A DNA stretch of 42,816 nt. It comes from Albugo candida (lineage: Eukaryota). The DNA lies in contig JBDOQK010000092.1 of assembly GCA_040437565.1 (NCBI GenBank), forward strand, positions 1 to 42,816, read 5' to 3'. How positions within the stretch are numbered: position 1 is the first letter of the stretch; each line of letters opens with the position of its first letter. The notes beneath the pieces were generated by a model. That model was not told where the DNA came from, did not search any database, and saw only the letters and a list, made by a program, of their open reading frames with translations. This document shows positions 1-10,395 of the stretch, one piece after another. Made by a program: the position numbers and the translations under genes.

Positions 1-155
1 GACCTTGAATATAAAAATGACCAATTTTGTCGATTCAAGATCAAGTTGGGCGTACCTTGTACAGTCCTAAGGATGTACCATGTTTTTATGGCGCGTGTTT
101 TGCGGATCCCGGATGTATTAATCAATACATCTTGTGGAATAACTTCAATTTCGGC

Positions 156-848
156 TTACTTGATAGAATTAGAACCTTGACCTTTGTGAAATTGACGTAG
201 TCGGGTCCTATTGTCAACAAGTTGCTTCGGGTTGCAAATTTGCATTTTAATCAAAACGAACCTGTCGAGAACGGGAACTTCGAGAGATTGTTGCTCCCAT
301 GCCGGATATTTGTGATTAGCTATCCCCAAATTTTTCATTAGAAAGCCGATCACCTCATTCAATACGTGGATTTCGTTCCCCAAATTCGTTTGTTCGAGTA
401 AATAATCTTCGGGTAGAATCCCAGTGAAACCTGATAAAGTTCTAAGACGTTCTTCACACTTCTGCATCAAAATTTGGTGAGCTTTTGTCAACTTGAGCAC
501 TACATCGCTTATTTCAGATTTTGACACTACAAAACATCCGCGCCGGAAAGTGAAGGTTTGATTTGCATGAGAGCGGTGAAAAGGATGTGCTTTGTTACCT
601 CCACAGTGACCTTCTTTGGTCATATCATACCCGACCATATGGCGAAGCTTCGTTTAATCACTCTCCATTGATCTGAGTAGTTCGCGCGAGGTCATGTCTG
701 CCATTATTTCTTTTGATGCTCTTTCGTTCCCAGCCATAAGTTGACGGTCATCTACTTCTGTTTGCATACCGAATGCTGACTGCTGGCAACATGAGATGAG
801 TAGCATAAACGCGATGGTTGCAAAGTTTGAGACGAAAACATGAATCAT
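156..848 (-). pseudogene. Secreted, RxLR-like effector candidate interrupted by one in-frame stop
   Basis: ORFs 654-848 and 156-638 are in the same frame, separated by a TAA at 654-656 (...MESD*TKLRHMVG...). The N-terminus MIHVFVSNFATIAFMLLISCCQQSAFG looks like a signal peptide. It is followed by DDRQLM-AG-NER and RELLR, which are degenerate RxLR-EER-like motifs. Confidence 0.5.
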
Positions 849-888
849 ATTCGGATGAAAACGATGTGAAGGTGGGTGGTTGATAGCG

Positions 889-901
889 ATTTGAATAATG
901 A
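889..901 (-). promoter_or_regulatory. Oomycete INR-FPR-like core promoter element
   Basis: Minus strand reads TCATTATTCAAAT about 40-55 nt upstream of the ATG at 848. It has 2 mismatches to the TCATTYYNCAWTT consensus. Confidence 0.35.
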
Positions 902-1033
902 TTTTCCTTGTTCACTTTACAAACACGTTGCGATTGATATTAAGTCGACTTGAAATCCAGAAAAGCGAATAGAGTTTTAGACGCGTGCTACGTTCGGTCG
1001 ATACCATACAATTCTACAGCAATCTTGCTCATT

Positions 1034-1489
1034 AAGTGGTTTTGAGCGCATTGCAATGCTTTTAGAAGGGTACTTAATGTTTTGGTGGCGTTTTAGTGCA
1101 TTTTCATTACCAAAAAGCGGTAAATATTGCAAGTTATTAGTTAAGACAGCCTGTAATTTGTATAGCGTCACCTACGTAATACCGACATTGCAAACCGTAG
1201 TGGTATCGAAANNNNNNNNNNNNNNNNNNNNNNNNNNNNNNNNNNNNNNNNNNNNNNNNNNNNNNNNNNNNNNNNNNNNNNNNNNNNNNNNNNNNNNNNN
1301 NNNNNNNNNNNAAGTGGTTTTGAGCGCATTGCAATGCTTTTAGAAGGGTACTTAATGTTTTGGTGGCGTTTTAGTGCATTTTCATTACCAAAAAGCGGTA
1401 AATATTGCAAGTTATTAGTTAAGACAGCCTGTAATTTGTATAGCGTCACCTACGTAATACCGACATTGCAAACCGTAGTGGTATCGAAA
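1034..1489. other. Gap-flanking exact duplication (assembly artefact)
   Basis: 1034-1211 is identical to 1312-1489 (178 bp) on either side of the 100-N gap 1212-1311. Confidence 0.9.
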
Positions 1490-2287
1490 CTCTTGAATCA
1501 GATCACGTGAGGTGCAAAAGTTGCTTGTCCCGATCTTGGGCATCTGTGCGCTCTGCCGTATCATTACCCAAATTAGATACTCACCCCCATCTCATGATAC
1601 ATTTCGGAGACTGGAATACTATGTTCATTGAAATAAGTTACCTGCGCTCGGTTGTATAGCGATTTTTCCAGTTGCGAGCTTCTAAATTCAACGTCGGATC
1701 TTTGCTTTCGCATGCTATGTTCAGCACATACCCGAACCGCCTCTATTTACACGAGCATATGCCAACGGTAAACAAGGTCTGATCGCTCCTGGTTACAAGC
1801 TGACATGGAGGAATCGTTTGAAATTCCCAACGTGTTCTTGAGACGTCCCTCCCTGCGAACAGGGTTGCTTTTTGGCTCATAAAGATGCTGATTGACTCGA
1901 AATTCTCCCGCGTAAAGACCGTCGAAATTGCCTGCTCGCTTTTTTTAGTGGTGACACCGGTATTAGGTAGATATCAGTCGTTTGATTTTTACCAAATTCC
2001 TTACTGAACTTATCTTTAATAAATCAGGAGAGCTATGGTATGGTCGGGTAAATGCAAGCGACAAAAAGTTCCGTGCTGTGTCAATTTGAGCTAAAGATAG
2101 TGTAGAGAGAGTATCTCTTCTGGTTTGTTCAATATGGATAAGAAGGCGAAGACTTGATGTATAAAACGCTAGGATTGCGCACAAGCTNNNNNNNNNNNNN
2201 NNNNNNNNNNNNNNNNNNNNNNNNNNNNNNNNNNNNNNNNNNNNNNNNNNNNNNNNNNNNNNNNNNNNNNNNNNNNNNNNNNNNNNN

Positions 2288-2740
2288 TCATCAGACGAAG
2301 CAATTCGACTTGATACTGTAGAATTGCAGTCACCATGTGCAGCGAACGATATGGAGTCATTACCGCAGCGAAAAGCAGATTCCGAAAATGACTGCATGTT
2401 GGAACGTATTCCTTCGACCAGTACGCCTTCAATCTGAATTGAAGGCGTTCAACAACGCCTAAATGTATCCGTGGAAATACCGCTGACGGATTCGATCATA
2501 CAAAGAGTTCCTGTACTTGCGTCAACGAATCAAATCGGTGTGACATCAGGACTTACAGAGAAAGAACGCAAACACATGTAAGCCATTCAGCAAAAGTTGG
2601 AGCATTTGGTTGCAGTACACCGTCAGCTTCTTCGAAACTTTGCAACATCGCAAATGAACGCCAAAGAAATGAAACGAAAAGTGGCAGTACGTGACGATCG
2701 AATCAAGAAATTACAAGCGAGTAATCGACAAATCACAGAG
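2288..2740 (+). pseudogene. Kinesin-1 (heavy chain) stalk/tail fragment, 5' part
   Basis: One frame with two stops: ...LTEKERKHM*AIQQKLEHLVAVHRQLLRNFATSQMNAKEMKRKVAVRDDRIKKLQASNRQITE. This resembles the conserved KHC tail coiled coil (LEQLTKVHKQLVR type). It is cut by the LTR at 2741. Confidence 0.75.
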
Positions 2741-3363
2741 TGTAGCGGAGCTACTCTAGCTCCTTGACAGAGGAAGGCTATCTGCTCAACGAGCAACTTA
2801 GTTCTTTAAAAGAACTAGATTTAACGAGTCTAAAAGCTTAAAAGCTTAAGGTCCTTGTTCAAGGGACCTANNNNNNNNNNNNNNNNNNNNNNNNNNNNNN
2901 NNNNNNNNNNNNNNNNNNNNNNNNNNNNNNNNNNNNNNNNNNNNNNNNNNNNNNNNNNNNNNNNNNNNNNAGTGTAGCGGAGCTACTCTAGCTCCTTGAC
3001 AGAGGAAGGCTATCTGCTCAACGAGCAACTTAGTTCTTTAAAAGAACTAGATTTAACGAGTCTAAAAGCTTAAAAGCTTAAGGTCCTTGTTCAAGGGACC
3101 TAACGATTCTGGGAATCGATAACACAGCACAAAGTGCACAAGATCTGAGACGCCTGAAGCAGGCACGTGTCTCTAACTGATCGAAAGGAGACCTGTTCTA
3201 TATATATTTTTATCTCGAAGAGTACCTTACGCTAACCGTACCTAACCTAGGTACTAATGTCCGGTGGCTGACACGCGTCAGCTCCTAAAGCGAATGACCC
3301 AAAGCGTCCCAAACGTGTACCACACTGCATAACGGTTACTAAACGACGTGTAACCCTGTTACA
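2741..3363 (-). repeat. 3' LTR (391 bp; first ~130 bp duplicated across gap 2871-2970)
   Basis: The complete copy 2973-3363 reads TGTAGCGG...CTGTTACA. 2739-2870 equals 2971-3102 (artefact). Hand count gives about 25 substitutions plus one 3-bp indel versus the 5' LTR (~93-94% identity). Confidence 0.95.
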
Positions 3364-3372
3364 CTCTCCCCC
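3364..3372 (-). promoter_or_regulatory. Polypurine tract
   Basis: GGGGGAGAG on the minus strand abuts the 3' LTR. Confidence 0.85.
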
Positions 3373-3599
3373 ACCAGACTGACGTTACCACAAACGTCAA
3401 TCGAATCATTTTCTTCGAAGAGGACGTGGTGCCTACACTTAACCTCTCGGTTGTGCAAAGCATCAAACATCATGGTATCGGCATGCTATAAGCCTAAGGC
3501 TCTTCCCTCTTACCTGCAACCCGCTAACCAAACCACTACTGGTCGGAAGCGCCTTAAGTTGCAGGATGAGCCTGGCTGCGATGTTCAAAAACATCTATG

Positions 3600-5110
3600 G
3601 CATATGGGCAATCCTGCCGAAGGATATCTCATACTCCCATGAGTTCTCTGACTCGGGATACCCTCGACACTTCACCAGATACTATTTTTGGCCATGACGA
3701 CGACGTCGCGCGAGAACCTTCTCAGCATGGAGCTGTAAGTTCCCTTGCTTGTCAAGCAACGCGGGTGGCGGTCGGAGTATCGGTGGATGACCAGAAGAAG
3801 CTGGTTCCCGAAGTGACGTGTCTCCGCGGGACTTTGAGGCAGACCTATCGTACGCTTGACGCGGTACAGACTCGCCTTCAGGCGTCGGAGCATGTCCAGA
3901 CCCGGGTTGGGGCTCAGCTTGACATCCTTGTTCGGATGCAGTAGCGTGAGGCAAGGCCAAGTGCCGCGGCGCAAGCGCCCCAAAGTCAACGAGGGACGGA
4001 TACCGATACGGTTTGAGTAGGCCAACGTGAAACACGGGGTGTGTGCGCAATTTGCGGGAAGGTTGAGCGTGTAAGCAAGGCCCTCCTTAGCGATGACCGT
4101 GAATGGCCCAATGAAGCGTGGTCGCAACTTTGTCTTGAAGACAGCGGACACTACATTTGTAGGTAGGTTTTTAGTACTGAGTATTACCTGGTCTCCGACC
4201 TCATAACTTTCAATCTAACCTCTGCTGTTAGCATCAGCTTTCTCCTTTTGTCGAACTTGGCGCTCAGCCATTGCATCCCACACATGCCGTAAGACATTTA
4301 ATCCCGTTGCGATAAACTCGCGAACCTGTTTCTTGACAGTATCAGGACTGACATCAGCAAGCCGATCGGCGATCTCTCCCCCACCAAGCCGTACCATGCA
4401 GATAGCGTTAACGGAATACGAGGGCGGGTGAGTCCGTTCACGTAGAACGGAGTATAGTCGGTAGATGCATGAAAAGAGTTATTTAACGCAAACTCAACCA
4501 CAGGGAGCATAGAGCTCCAACTCCGAGGCGTATCAGCGCAAATGGTGCGTAAGATATCACCAATAACGCGATTAAGTCGCTCAGTTTGACCATCGGTCTG
4601 CGGATGATCCGCGGTGGACATATCCAATCGGGTGCCAAGCAACTTGAAGATGGACTTCCAAAACTGCCCCGTGAAGCGAGGATCTCTATCAGAGATAATT
4701 GCCACAGGCAAATCGTGTTTACGGAACACTCGATCGATATACAGCGTAGCTGTATTTGTACCATCGATGGAGTCCGGCACAGCCGCTAAATGAGTCATCT
4801 TGCTCAAACAGTCAACAAAGACCACGATACCCGTGTTTCCTTCCGAATCTTTCGGTGGGCCAAACACAAAATCCATACTAATGGACTCCCAACACCCCGT
4901 GGGTACTGGTAAACTAGCTAGTGGCGCAGCCGCATGCGCTGAGGGTTTAACCCGTTGAAACATTTCACATGTACGTACGTACGTACGTACTTAACCATTT
5001 ATATAGTTTAGGCCACCAATAGTATTGCGCACTGAGCTATAGGTCTTCTCACGACCGAGATGACCACTCAACGCAGTATCATGTGTCTCATAGAGGATTC
5101 GATACTTCAA
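3600..5110 (-). pseudogene. pol: Gypsy integrase with C-terminal chromodomain
   Basis: Integrase motifs WESISMDFVFG, ISDRDPRF, HPQTDGQTER; GPY/F region KLRPRFIGPF and HPVFHVGLLKP; chromodomain AEKVLARRRRHGQK*YLVKCRGYP..ENS. Confidence 0.93.
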
Positions 5111-5379
5111 CTCCTCATCATGAGCGACAACGATGCGAGGACTGTCCTCCACGTCCGTGCAGTAGCACAACAGGCCTTGATCGATGGAATTAGATGTAGC
5201 CTCGCACGTAATCGTGCTGACAATTCTATGTCTGATTCTTTAAACTCCTCGCTTCCAAGCGCACGTATCAATGCTACACACTGTTCATTCTTGGCATAAG
5301 CCCCACGTATTAAGTCAGTGATTAAAGACGATAGTGAAGTAACATGAGAAAGCTCATAATCAGGCGTGCGGGACAACGC

Positions 5380-6620
5380 ATCGGCCTAATTATTTTGCTT
5401 ACCCGGCTTATACTTCACCTCGAAGTTGTATTCGGCAAAGAATGAAATCCAACGAGCCATTCGCTATGAGAGAGGAGGCCACTGAGTCGCAGTGCGTAAT
5501 GACGCATGATCCGTGTCAATCACGGAAGGCTTGGAGCCTAGCAGAGGAATTCTGAATTTGATTAGAGCATACTTCATCGCAAGTAACTCTTTGTCGTGAA
5601 TCGGGTAGTTCTTCTCTGCAGCCTTGAGCTGGCGGAATTTATACGCGACAACGCGCTCATGAACATCGGTATCTTCTTGAAGCAGAGCACAACCTATGGC
5701 GAAGTCAGATGCGTCACAGACAACACCGGGGCCTGAAGGAGAGTTTTCTTACCAGCACCATTGCACATCCTTTTTAAGGAGATCGGACAATGGCCGAGCC
5801 ATATCGGCGTAATTCTCGCTGAACTTATGCAAGTAGTTGGCGACGCCAAGCCACTTCCGCAAACCCTTTTGGTTCTTAGGAACCGGCCAATCGACTATGG
5901 CTTTCACCTCAGCGGGATCCGCTCTAAGGCCTCGCTTCCCGATGAAGCACCCTAAGAAAGAAATCTCATCCTCACCAAAGTTGCATTTCGAGGCGTTGGC
6001 ATACAGCTTTTTTTTTCGTGCGCATGCATCCGAGAACAGCTCGTAAATGGTCAACGTGATCTTCCACATCAGACCGACCGTTCATGGCACGACTATGGAC
6101 AAAGATGTCATCAAAGTATGTTTGTGCGCAACCTCGATGAGGTCTGAACAGTTGCGTCCCCAGACGATTGAACGGAGCCGGAGCATTGGATAGCCCTTGG
6201 GGCATGACATGCCACTCCCATAGCATACCACTCGGAGTACTAACTGCGCTGAGTGGTATGTCACCAGCTCGCATGAGCAATTGGTAATAACGATCGACTA
6301 AGTCAAGTGCTCTGAACATGATACACCCTACCATAGCGTTCTGAAGCACATCCTTCCTAGGAATTGGCGCCTGAGCCGGAATGGTGGCTGCATTTAGCTT
6401 ATAATAAGCGTGGACGATGCGCCACTTTCCATTGGGCTTTCTGACACAAAATGTTGGCGTGGAATGAGGAGATTTACTCCCAAGCACCATTCCGGCCGCG
6501 TGCTTTGCACGAAAGAACTCGTCAATGACGTCACACTGCTCCTTGGGTAAAGGCCACTACCGTGTAACGCAATATTTAGTTCCCGGAACCGAGTCAATTT
6601 CATGACGAACACCTCTATGA
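5380..6620 (-). pseudogene. pol: Gypsy reverse transcriptase / RNase H
   Basis: SKSPHSTPTFCVRKPNGKWR, VMPQGLSNAP, YFDDIFV, RKWLGVANYLHK, CDASDFAIG, YPIHDKELLA. Confidence 0.95.
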
Positions 6621-7648
6621 GGATGTAAGACGGACAGAGGATTCTGACATACCACGTCTTGAAATTCTTTACCAAAGGATAACACGGATCCATAGGATCT
6701 CTCAAGATCGCTGATCCACTACGGGAACTAAGGGCTGCCTCCTTCGTTTCCTCAAGAACGGATTCGTCCATTTTTTTTAGTTAAATAGGATGAGTTCAAC
6801 TCAACATCGGGTCGAATGACTACTACTTCGGATAAGTCACCAGCCTTTGAGGCATTCCGAACTTAAAATTCGACATTCCATCTAGCTCTAACAGTGCGTT
6901 CAACGATGGGAGAGCCATAGGGCCGACGTGACCATCAACTGAGACAGTCAATCCATTCACAATTGTGTACAGCTGTTCGCTGGCATCACTCTGTGACATA
7001 ACAGACGCTTTGCGTCTCGCAAACGCCACCTGGCTCCGTTGCCGTCTCTCTTTGGAGACCATACACCTCATAGAGGCTGGAACATCCGTGTTTACAAGGT
7101 CAGTTTGTTACAACCTTACTTTGATCTATACGAGAGCCGATGTTCCGACCGACATCCGATGAAGAGTCAGATAACTCGAGCTCATCATCCAGTGAACGTT
7201 TACGTGTCACTCCACGCGTATCAACCGGGCATAACCCTGGATGCCTTGGCTTCTCGCGAACAATGTCATTACCTACATTCAGTGTGGTTCCATCAAGGCC
7301 TACCCCACTCTGTGGATTTTTACGTGCCACTCCACGCACATCCTTAGAGCTCAGCTCAGGATCTCTCGGAACTAGGTTTCCAATGCTATCAGCATTCAGT
7401 GACTCATTATCACAATGATTTTCACTCAACGGAGTACGTGCCGTATCACTAACTGTTAGCGAGCTGCCTTCGGGACTAATGTCGTCAACATTGAAGTTAA
7501 TCAACTCATAGATTCCAATGTCCAGCACACAGACATCATCTGTCAGTGGTTCGCGCCAATAGCACTTCTGCTGCCTAGAAAAAGTGGGTTCATGACTCGC
7601 CAAAGCTTCGCTAGGAACAGTGCGCGTTGCGCCTAAGGTATTAGACCT

Positions 7649-7980
7649 TCAATCAATCCATGGCTCATGGCGTTCAAGCCAGGCCATACCTAGAATGATA
7701 TCATATATCGAATCCAGATCCAGGACAAGACAGCGCTCAATGCTGTCGAAGTCCAAAACCTTTACGCCTAAGTTCAAGGAGACTTTAGGAACGGTGATAC
7801 GAGTCCCAGTTGCTAAGTTAACAGAGATCGAATCCCCCTCATGCGCTTTGTGCACCTCAGCGTAATGCTGACCCCATTCCAGGGAACGGTGTCGAGCGTA
7901 ATTGCATGACGCTCCGGAGTCGTTCAAAATCGACCATGGCTTATCAAAGCCTTTCACAGTCGCCTCTGCGAATAACAAGC
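7649..7980 (-). pseudogene. pol: Gypsy aspartic protease
   Basis: ILNDSGASCNY catalytic motif and YDIILGMAWL. Confidence 0.9.
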
Positions 7981-8169
7981 CTGTCTTGTATCCAAGCTCC
8001 GTGCTAGCAGGCACAGAGCTCTTTGGGGCTAAGTCCTGCTCACCTCCACCTACTAAAGGCCCTACAGAACCTTTTTCTTCCCCAGTAGGGCACCCAGTGA
8101 CTACTGGGACTTGAAGTTTCCCCAAGCCATACCAGGTTTCTGGTTAGCAGCGGGTAGTCGACTCATATG

Positions 8170-9136
8170 AGCCTGGCGCTGTTTGCGCAACGGGCACCTG
8201 GGACGCAGGTGGCTGGTACTTCCGCACGAATAGCATCAACGGAAGTCGCGGTATTGCTCAGCAACTTGAAGCTCGGCTTCTCCTTCACCTTTAGCGTTGC
8301 TAAGGTCCATAGGCTCAGGCTTACAAAAAGTCGATGTACTCATCGAGCATGTTCTCGCAGAAGCTGTTTTATACCCATTCCAACCAAGTCTAGCCGACTT
8401 AAAGTTGTGCTCAGTATTCTGAGCTTTTTCGACCGCTTCATCAAAGCTAGTCGGGTGAACTCGAAAGACTTCGGCTCTGGAAACGCCAGTGCGAAGCCCT
8501 TCCATGAACACGGTCACATGGATCACCTCAGCAAGAGGATCATTATGCATAGCAGCTATGAGTGTTCTCACCTCTTAAACATAGTCCTACAATTCGTTTT
8601 TACCCTGCCGAGTAGATAAGAAGCGTGACCGCAACGCGATATGCCTGATCAGGCGGCGCAAAGACGGGCGTGAATTGCAACTTCAGCGAATCCCATGTGG
8701 GGAACGCCATGTCCACTGACGTACCGCCCGTCAGTGCCCAATCTCTAGCTCTACAATCGAGCTTGTTGACCGCCAGCGAGACCCGCTGATGCTCAACAGA
8801 GATCATGCCAGACTTCATGGTCATTTCTACCTCACGGAGCCAGTGGACTACGTTTTCACCCTCTTTGCCGGAGAAGTGACGGACGTCCAACTATACTGAA
8901 CGAGGCTTAGTCTCTTTGTCTGGTGCAGACACAAAGCGTGTTGGCATAGCCGACGCCGTTTGGTCTCGGACCTGCCCTAATAGGGACGTTTCATACTGCA
9001 TGAAGCTCTCAAGACGTGCATTCAGCACATCCGGGCCTTGCGAAACAAGAAACTCCGCATATTCGGGACCCACAGCTGCTATCAGTTTGTCAAGCGCGGC
9101 CCTTTGTGCCTCAGAGAGGAGAGTGGGCTGTTCCAT
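8170..9136 (-). pseudogene. gag: Gypsy gag
   Basis: FSGKEGENVVHWLREVE...ARDWAL...FPTWDSLK; VFMEGLRTGVSRAEVFRVHPTSFDEAV; PEPMDLS. Frameshifted. Confidence 0.9.
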
Positions 9137-9177
9137 CCTCACAAAGGTACAGTCTTTATAGACTAAGTTGTAGATTC

Positions 9178-9194
9178 ACCAACAAGTGCTACCA
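9178..9194 (-). promoter_or_regulatory. Primer binding site (initiator tRNA-Met 3' end type)
   Basis: TGGTAGCACTTGTTGGT lies 2 nt downstream of the 5' LTR. An identical 17-mer occurs at 39954-39970. Confidence 0.85.
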
Positions 9195-9196
9195 AG

Positions 9197-9590
9197 TGTA
9201 GCGGAGCTACTCTAGCTCCTTGACAGAGGAAGGCTATCTGCTCAACGAGAAACTTAGTGCTTTAAAAGAACTAGACTCAACGAGTCTAAAAGCTTAAAAG
9301 CTTAAGGTCCTTGTTCAAGGGACCTAGCAATCCCGGGAATCGACAACACAGCACAAAGTGCACAAGATCTGAAACGCCTGAAGCAGGCACGTGTCTCTGA
9401 CTGATCTAAAGGAGAACTGTTCTTTATTTATTTTTATCTCGAAGAGTACCTTAAGCTAAACGTACCTAGCCTAGGTACTAATGTCCGGTGGCCGACACGC
9501 GTCAGCTTCTAAAGGGAATGACCAAAAGCGTCCCAAATGTGTACCACACTGCATAACGGTTACTAACCGACGTTTTGTAACCCTCTTACA
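9197..9590 (-). repeat. 5' LTR (394 bp)
   Basis: TGTAGCGG...CTCTTACA, homologous to 2973-3363 and followed by TSD CAGAG. Confidence 0.97.
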
Positions 9591-9945
9591 CAGAGAGTCT
9601 GCGGAAGAACGCAGAGAAGCATGTGGAGGAACTCATTCGTCTACGGGATCAGATTTCAGACTTTTGTGCGCACAAAGAGCTCATTTCGAGAGCCATGGAA
9701 ATGCGGAAGGGACGCTCATCAAGACGCTGCGTGGCGGAGGAGCGGCGGGACCGCTTTATTCATTTATCACCCACGTCAATGCGATGATCAAGTACGACCT
9801 ATACGTGGGGGCAGTCAGCGCTCATCGGCTTCCTCAACTTCGAAAGAATCTATTGCAGAAGTTGAAGAGAAACTACAAACTGAAGAGCCTTTCCAGTCGA
9901 GCGGATCTTTTTTTACCGGCTCTTTCGGTTCTAGGATGTTTATGA
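9591..9945 (+). pseudogene. Kinesin-1 tail fragment, 3' part (IAK-like motifs)
   Basis: Continues in frame across the TSD as SLRKNAEKHVEELIRLRDQI. After frameshifts it gives LIKTLRGGG and QVRPIRGG, similar to the IAKP(I/L)RGG autoinhibitory motif. Confidence 0.7.
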
Positions 9946-10140
9946 AACTCGCACGGAAGAGAGACTCAGTTGGAGCAGACGGGCTTCGTACATTATGACG
10001 TCCTTGTGATCTTAGAGTAGCTTGATCAAAAAAGAAGGATCAGCGCATGCTTATTTGTCCATCGTCGAACGATACAGCCGTTGTTTTTGTCGTTGTAGCG
10101 TTATTGTGGAAATGTCGAGCTGTCGATGACATGATGTAAT

Positions 10141-10395
10141 TGTAAAAGTGTAAAAGTGAAAAGTGTAAAAGTGTAAAAGTGTAAAAGTGTAAAAGTGTAA
10201 AAGTGTAAAAGTGTAAAAGTGTAAAAGTGTAAAAGTGTAAAAGTGTAAAAGTGTAANNNNNNNNNNNNNNNNNNNNNNNNNNNNNNNNNNNNNNNNNNNN
10301 NNNNNNNNNNNNNNNNNNNNNNNNNNNNNNNNNNNNNNNNNNNNNNNNNNNNNNNNTGTAAGAGTGTAAGAGTGTAAGAGTGTAAGAGTGTAAGA
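10141..10395. repeat. 8-bp tandem repeat (TGTAAAAG)n / (TGTAAGAG)n spanning a gap
   Basis: About 14 units lie left of gap 10257-10356 and about 5 variant units lie right of it. Confidence 0.95.

Larger units (their letters stand above)
2741..9590 (-). mobile_element. Full-length Ty3/Gypsy chromovirus LTR retrotransposon (degenerate ORFs)
   Basis: Two LTRs with TG...CA ends, TSD CAGAG at 2736-2740 and 9591-9595, PBS and PPT. Domain order on the minus strand is gag-PR-RT-RH-IN-chromodomain, with many stops and frameshifts. Confidence 0.97.

Noticed and set aside
1034..1489. Apparent 178-bp direct repeat (likewise 2739-3102, 12943-13294, 37003-37234)
   Set aside because: The copies are 100% identical and directly abut 100-N gaps. 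They are unmerged contig overlaps, not biological repeats.
2741..2870. Apparent third LTR or tandem LTR of the Gypsy
   Set aside because: Exact duplicate across gap 2871-2970. The TSD shows a single insertion.
7100..7603. Extra ORF between protease and RT as a captured gene
   Set aside because: Low-complexity, on the same strand as pol and with no recognisable domain. Most simply a long pol linker.
9481..9998. ORFs 9481-9945 and 9621-9998 as independent genes
   Set aside because: They are chimeric frames: LTR sequence plus frameshifted kinesin tail.
10141..10395. Telomere-like repeat, and the (TLLHFYTF)n ORFs it generates
   Set aside because: The unit is not the oomycete TTTAGGG telomere repeat and it is internal. 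The ORFs are by-products of a stop-free repeat plus Ns.
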